Below are positions 60,754 through 64,000 of a DNA stretch of 64,000 nucleotides, in pieces (within the stretch, counting starts at the first letter, position 1; every line of letters starts with the position of its first letter). A model generated the notes under the pieces. The model saw only the letters and a list, made by a program, of their open reading frames with translations. It was not told the origin of the DNA and made no database searches. This DNA comes from Eledone cirrhosa (taxonomy: Eukaryota): NCBI GenBank assembly GCA_964016885.1, contig OZ024741.1:212536001-212600000 (forward strand). The letters are read 5' to 3'. Made by a program: the position numbers and the translations under genes.

Positions 60754-63700
60754 CTGCTGTTGTTGCTGTCGGTGTTACTGTTGTTGTTGTTGGTGGTGTT
60801 ACTGCTGTTGTTGTTGGTGAAGTTACTGCTGTTGTTGCTGTTGGTGTTACTATTGTTGTTGTTGTTGGTGTTACTGCTGTTGTTGTTGGTGGTGTTACTG
60901 CTCTTGTTGTTGGTATTACTGTTGTTGTTGTTGGTGGTGTTACTGCTGTTGTTGTTGGTGGTGTTACTGTTGTTGTTGTTGTTGTTATTGCTGATGTTGT
61001 TGGTGGTGTTACTGTTGTTGTTGTTGTTGGTGTTACTGCTGTTGTTGTTGGTGGTGTTACTGCTCTTGTTGTTGGTGTTACTGATGATGTTGTTGCTGGT
61101 GTTACTGCTGCTGTTGTTGTTGGTGTTACTGCTGTTGTTGTTGGTGGTGTTACTGCTGGTGTTGTTGTTGGTGGTGTTACTGTTGTTGTTGTTGTTGGTG
61201 TTACTGCTGTTGTTGTTGGTGGTGTTACTGCTCTTGTTGTTGGTGTTACTGTTGTTGTTGTTGTTGTTGGTGTTACTGCTGATGTTGTTGGTGGTGTTAC
61301 TGCTGCTGTTGTTGTTGTTGTTACTGCTGTTGTTGTTGGTGGTGTTACTGCTGTTGTTGTTGTTGGTGTTACTGCTGTTGTTTTTGTTGGTGTTACTGCT
61401 GTTGTTGTTGGTGGTGTTACTGCTGTTGTTGTTGGTGGTGTTACTGCTGTTGTTGTTGGTGGTGTTACTGCTGTTGTTGTTGTTGGTGTTACTGCTGCTG
61501 TAGTTGGTGGTGTTACTGCTTTTGTTGTTGGTGGTGTTACTGCTGTTGTTGTCGGTGTTGTTGCTGCTGTTGTTTTTGGTGGTGTAACTGCTGTTGTTGT
61601 TGTTGGTGGTGTTACTGCTTTTGTTGGTGGTGTTACTGCTGTTGTTGTTGGTGGTGTTACTGCTGTGTTGCTGCTGCTGTTACTGTTGTTGTTGTTGGTG
61701 GTGTTACTGCTGTTGTTGTTGGTGGTGTTACTGCTGTTGTTGGTGGTGTTACTGCTGTTGTTGTTGGTGGTGTCACTGTTGTTGTTGTTGGTGGTGTTAC
61801 TGCTGTTGTTGTTGGTGGTGTTACTGTTGTTGTTGTTGTTGGTGTTACTATTGATGTTGTTGGTGGTGTTACTGTTGTTGTTGTTGGTGGTATTACTGCT
61901 GTTGTTGTTGTTGGTGTTACTGTTGTTGTTGTTGTTGGTGTTACTGCTGTTGTTGTTGGTGGTGTTACTGCTGTTGTTGGTGGTGTTACTCCAGTTGTTG
62001 TTGGTGGTGTTACTGTTGTTGTTGCTGGTGTTGTTACTGCTGTTGTTGTTGGTGGTGTTACTGTTGTTGTTGTTGGTGGTGTTACTGGTGTTGTTGTTGG
62101 TGGTATTACTTCTGTTGTTGTTTTTGGTGTTACTGCTGGTGTTGTTGTTGGTGGTGTTACTGCTGGTGTTGTTGTTGGTGGCGTTACTGCTGTTGTTGTT
62201 GTTGGTGTTACTGCTGTTGTTGTTGTTGGTGTTACTGCTGTTGTTTTTGTTGGTGTCACTGATGTGTTTTTGTTGGTGTTACTGCTGTTGTTGTTGTTGG
62301 TGTTACTGCTGTTGTTTTTGTTGGTGTTACTGCTGTTGTTGTTGTTGTTGGTGTTACTGCTGTTGTTTTTGTTGGTGTTACTGCTGTTGTTGTTGTTGGT
62401 GTTACTGCTGTTGTTGTTGTTGTTGGTGTTACTGCTGTTGTTTTTGTTGGTGTTACTGCGGTTGTTGTTGTTGGTGTTACTGCTGTGTTGTTGGTGGTGT
62501 TACTGCTGTTGTTGTTGTTGGTGTTACTGCTGTTGTTTTTGTTGGTGTTACTGCTGTTTTTTTGTTGTTGTTACTGCTGTTGTTTTTGTTGGTGTTACTG
62601 CTGTTGTTGTTGTTGGTGTTACTGCTGTTGTTTGTGTTGGTGTTACTGCTGTTGTTTTTGTCGTTGTTACTGCTGTTGTTTTTGTTGGTGTTACTGCTGT
62701 TGTTGTTGGGGGTGTTACTGCTGTTGTTGTTTGTAGTGTTACTGTTGTTGTTGTTGTTGTTGGTACTTCTGATGTTGTTGTTGGTGGTGTTACTGTTGTT
62801 GTTGTTGTTGGTGTTACTGCTGTTCTTGTTGTTGTTGGTGTTACTGCTGGTGTTGTTGTTGGTGGTGTTACTGCTGGTGTTGTTCTTGGTGGCGTTACTG
62901 CTGTTGTTGTTGTTGGTGTTACTGCTGTTGTTGTTGTTGGTGTTACTGCTGTTGTTTTTGTTGGTGTTACTGCTGTTGTTTGTGTTGGTGTTACTGCTGT
63001 TGTTGTTGTTGGTGTTACTGCTGTTGTTTTTGTTGGTGTTACTGCTGTTGTTGTTGTTGTTGGTGTTACTGCTGTTGTTTTTGTTGGTGTTACTGCTGTT
63101 GTTGTTGTTGGTGTTACTGCTGTTGTTGTTGTTGTTGGTGTTACTGCTGTTGTTTTTGTTGGTGTTACTGCTGTTGTTGTTGTTGGTGTTACTGCTGGTT
63201 GTTGGTGGTGTTACTGCTGTTGTTGTTGTTTGTGTTACTGCTGTTGTTTTTGTTGGTGTTACTGCTGTTGATTTTGTTGTTGTTACTGCTGTTGTTTTTG
63301 TTGGTGTTTCTGCTGTTGTTTTTGTTGGTGTTACTGCTGTTGTTGTTGTTGTTGTTAATGCTATTGTTTTTGTTGGTGTTACTGCTGTTGTTTTTGATGG
63401 TGTTACTGCTGTTGTTGTTGGTGGTGTTACTGCTGTTGTTGTTGGTGGTGTTACTGCTGTAGTTGTTGGAGGTGTTACTGCTGTTGTTGTTGTTGGTGTT
63501 ACTGCTGTTGTTGTTGTTGGTGTTACTGCTGTTGTTGTTGGTGGTGTTACTGCTGTTGTTGTTGGTGGTGTTACTGCTGTAGTTGTTGGAGGTGTTACTG
63601 CTGTTGTTGTTGGTGGTGTTACTGCTGTTGTTGTTGGTGGTGTTACTGCTGTTGTTGTTGTTGGTGTTACTGCTGTTGTTGTTGTTGGTGTTACTGCTGT

Positions 63701-64000
63701 TGTTGTTGGTGGTGTTACTGCTGTTGTTGTTGGTGGTGTTACTGCTGTAGTTGTTGGAGGTGTTACTGCTGTTGTTGTTGGTGGTGTTACTGCTGTTGTT
63801 GTTGTTGGTGTTACTGCTGCTGTAGTTGGTGGTGTTACTACTGTTGTTGTTGGTGGTGTTACTGCTGTTGTTGTCTGTGTTGTTACTGCTGTTGTTTTTG
63901 GTGGTGTAACTGCTGTTGTTGTTGTTGGTGGTGTTACTGCTTTTGTTGCTGGTGTTACTGCTGTTGTTGTTGTTGGTGTTACTGCTGTTGTTTTTGTTGG

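Larger units (their letters stand above)
1..64000. repeat. Giant tandem array (minisatellite/macrosatellite) of a modal 24-bp unit GGTGTTACTGCTGTTGTTGTT(GTT/GGT), built on a (GTT)n/(AAC)n trinucleotide
   Basis: Seen directly: the ACT-GCT anchor recurs every 24 bp (e.g. 725, 749, 773). Units differ mainly by +/-3 nt of GTT and by GTT to GGT/TTT/GAT/ATT/CTT substitutions. The array is continuous to both window edges. Confidence 0.98.
4880..64000 (-). pseudogene. Frameshift-riddled mucin-like Thr-rich reading frame (degenerate coding VNTR, or non-coding satellite that mimics one)
   Basis: The Thr frame persists throughout but shifts register about every 1-2.5 kb. Many track ORFs end in TAAATQQ* (e.g. 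18818, 20005, 21162, 30216, 33734, 37110, 40584, 61657). In-frame TAA codons occur at about 18471 and 26092. Confidence 0.3.

Noticed and set aside
7590-62565. Single-copy frameshifts in T runs (about 7592, 39378, 59970, 62558) as biological signals
   Set aside because: They are homopolymer-associated and not replicated in paralogous copies, so they cannot be told apart from consensus errors without reads.
7-63462. Dozens of long + strand ORFs (poly-Leu/Val, GVTAVVVV, CCCCWCY) that look like membrane or Cys-rich proteins
   Set aside because: All three + frames of the monomer lack stops by construction. Starts are mostly GTG/TTG/CTG, and the ORFs cycle from V to L to C frames at each 1-nt deletion. 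They are repeat artefacts.
1-64000. CRISPR-like array (regular short repeats with variable intervening sequence)
   Set aside because: There are no unique spacers, leader or cas genes. The intervening sequence is only a variable number of GTT triplets.
1-64000. Telomeric repeat or strong G-quadruplex array (G/T-rich strand)
   Set aside because: There is no TTAGGG/TTAGG-type unit and GGG runs are rare. Only widely spaced GG pairs occur.
1-64000. Alternative genetic code (TAA/TAG = Gln) making the minus strand one giant ORF
   Set aside because: GTCACT variants place TGA in the Gln frame, the product would switch arbitrarily among Thr, Gln and Asn repeats, and nothing in the window supports a non-standard code.

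Overview
The whole 64 kb is one low-complexity tandem array that runs off both ends of the window. Its modal unit is 24 bp, GGT-GTT-ACT-GCT-GTT-GTT-GTT-(GTT/GGT), giving roughly 2,600-2,700 units. The + strand is about 87% G+T by consensus. Five of the six frames of the unit have no stop codon (+: GVTAVVVV, VLLLLLLL, CYCCCCCW; -: AVTPTTTT, SNTNNNNS). Only the minus Gln frame (CAG CAG TAA) stops in every unit, so nearly all long ORFs in the track are by-products of the repeat. The one protein-like reading is the minus-strand Thr/Pro/Ala/Val frame, which resembles a mucin PTS domain. It has no signal peptide or globular domain in this window and is broken by about 57 frameshifts. The best reading is a eukaryotic macro/minisatellite, possibly a decayed or still partly coding mucin-like VNTR. 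I saw no rRNA, tRNA, transposase, CRISPR array or conventional gene. Real structure inside the array: (1) near-identical nested tandem duplications with periods of 4,182 bp and 7,621-7,624 bp, plus an older 4.3-4.9 kb triplication; (2) a 1-nt-deletion cassette repeated about 35 times that ends the Thr frame in ...TAAATQQ*, with a strong bias to -1 events; (3) one 255-bp inverted, mosaic segment (31876-32130) that keeps both main frames open; (4) one ~110-bp non-repeat island (about 1625-1730) with a possible 43-nt GT..CTAAC..AG mini-intron. All counts and coordinates were read by eye.
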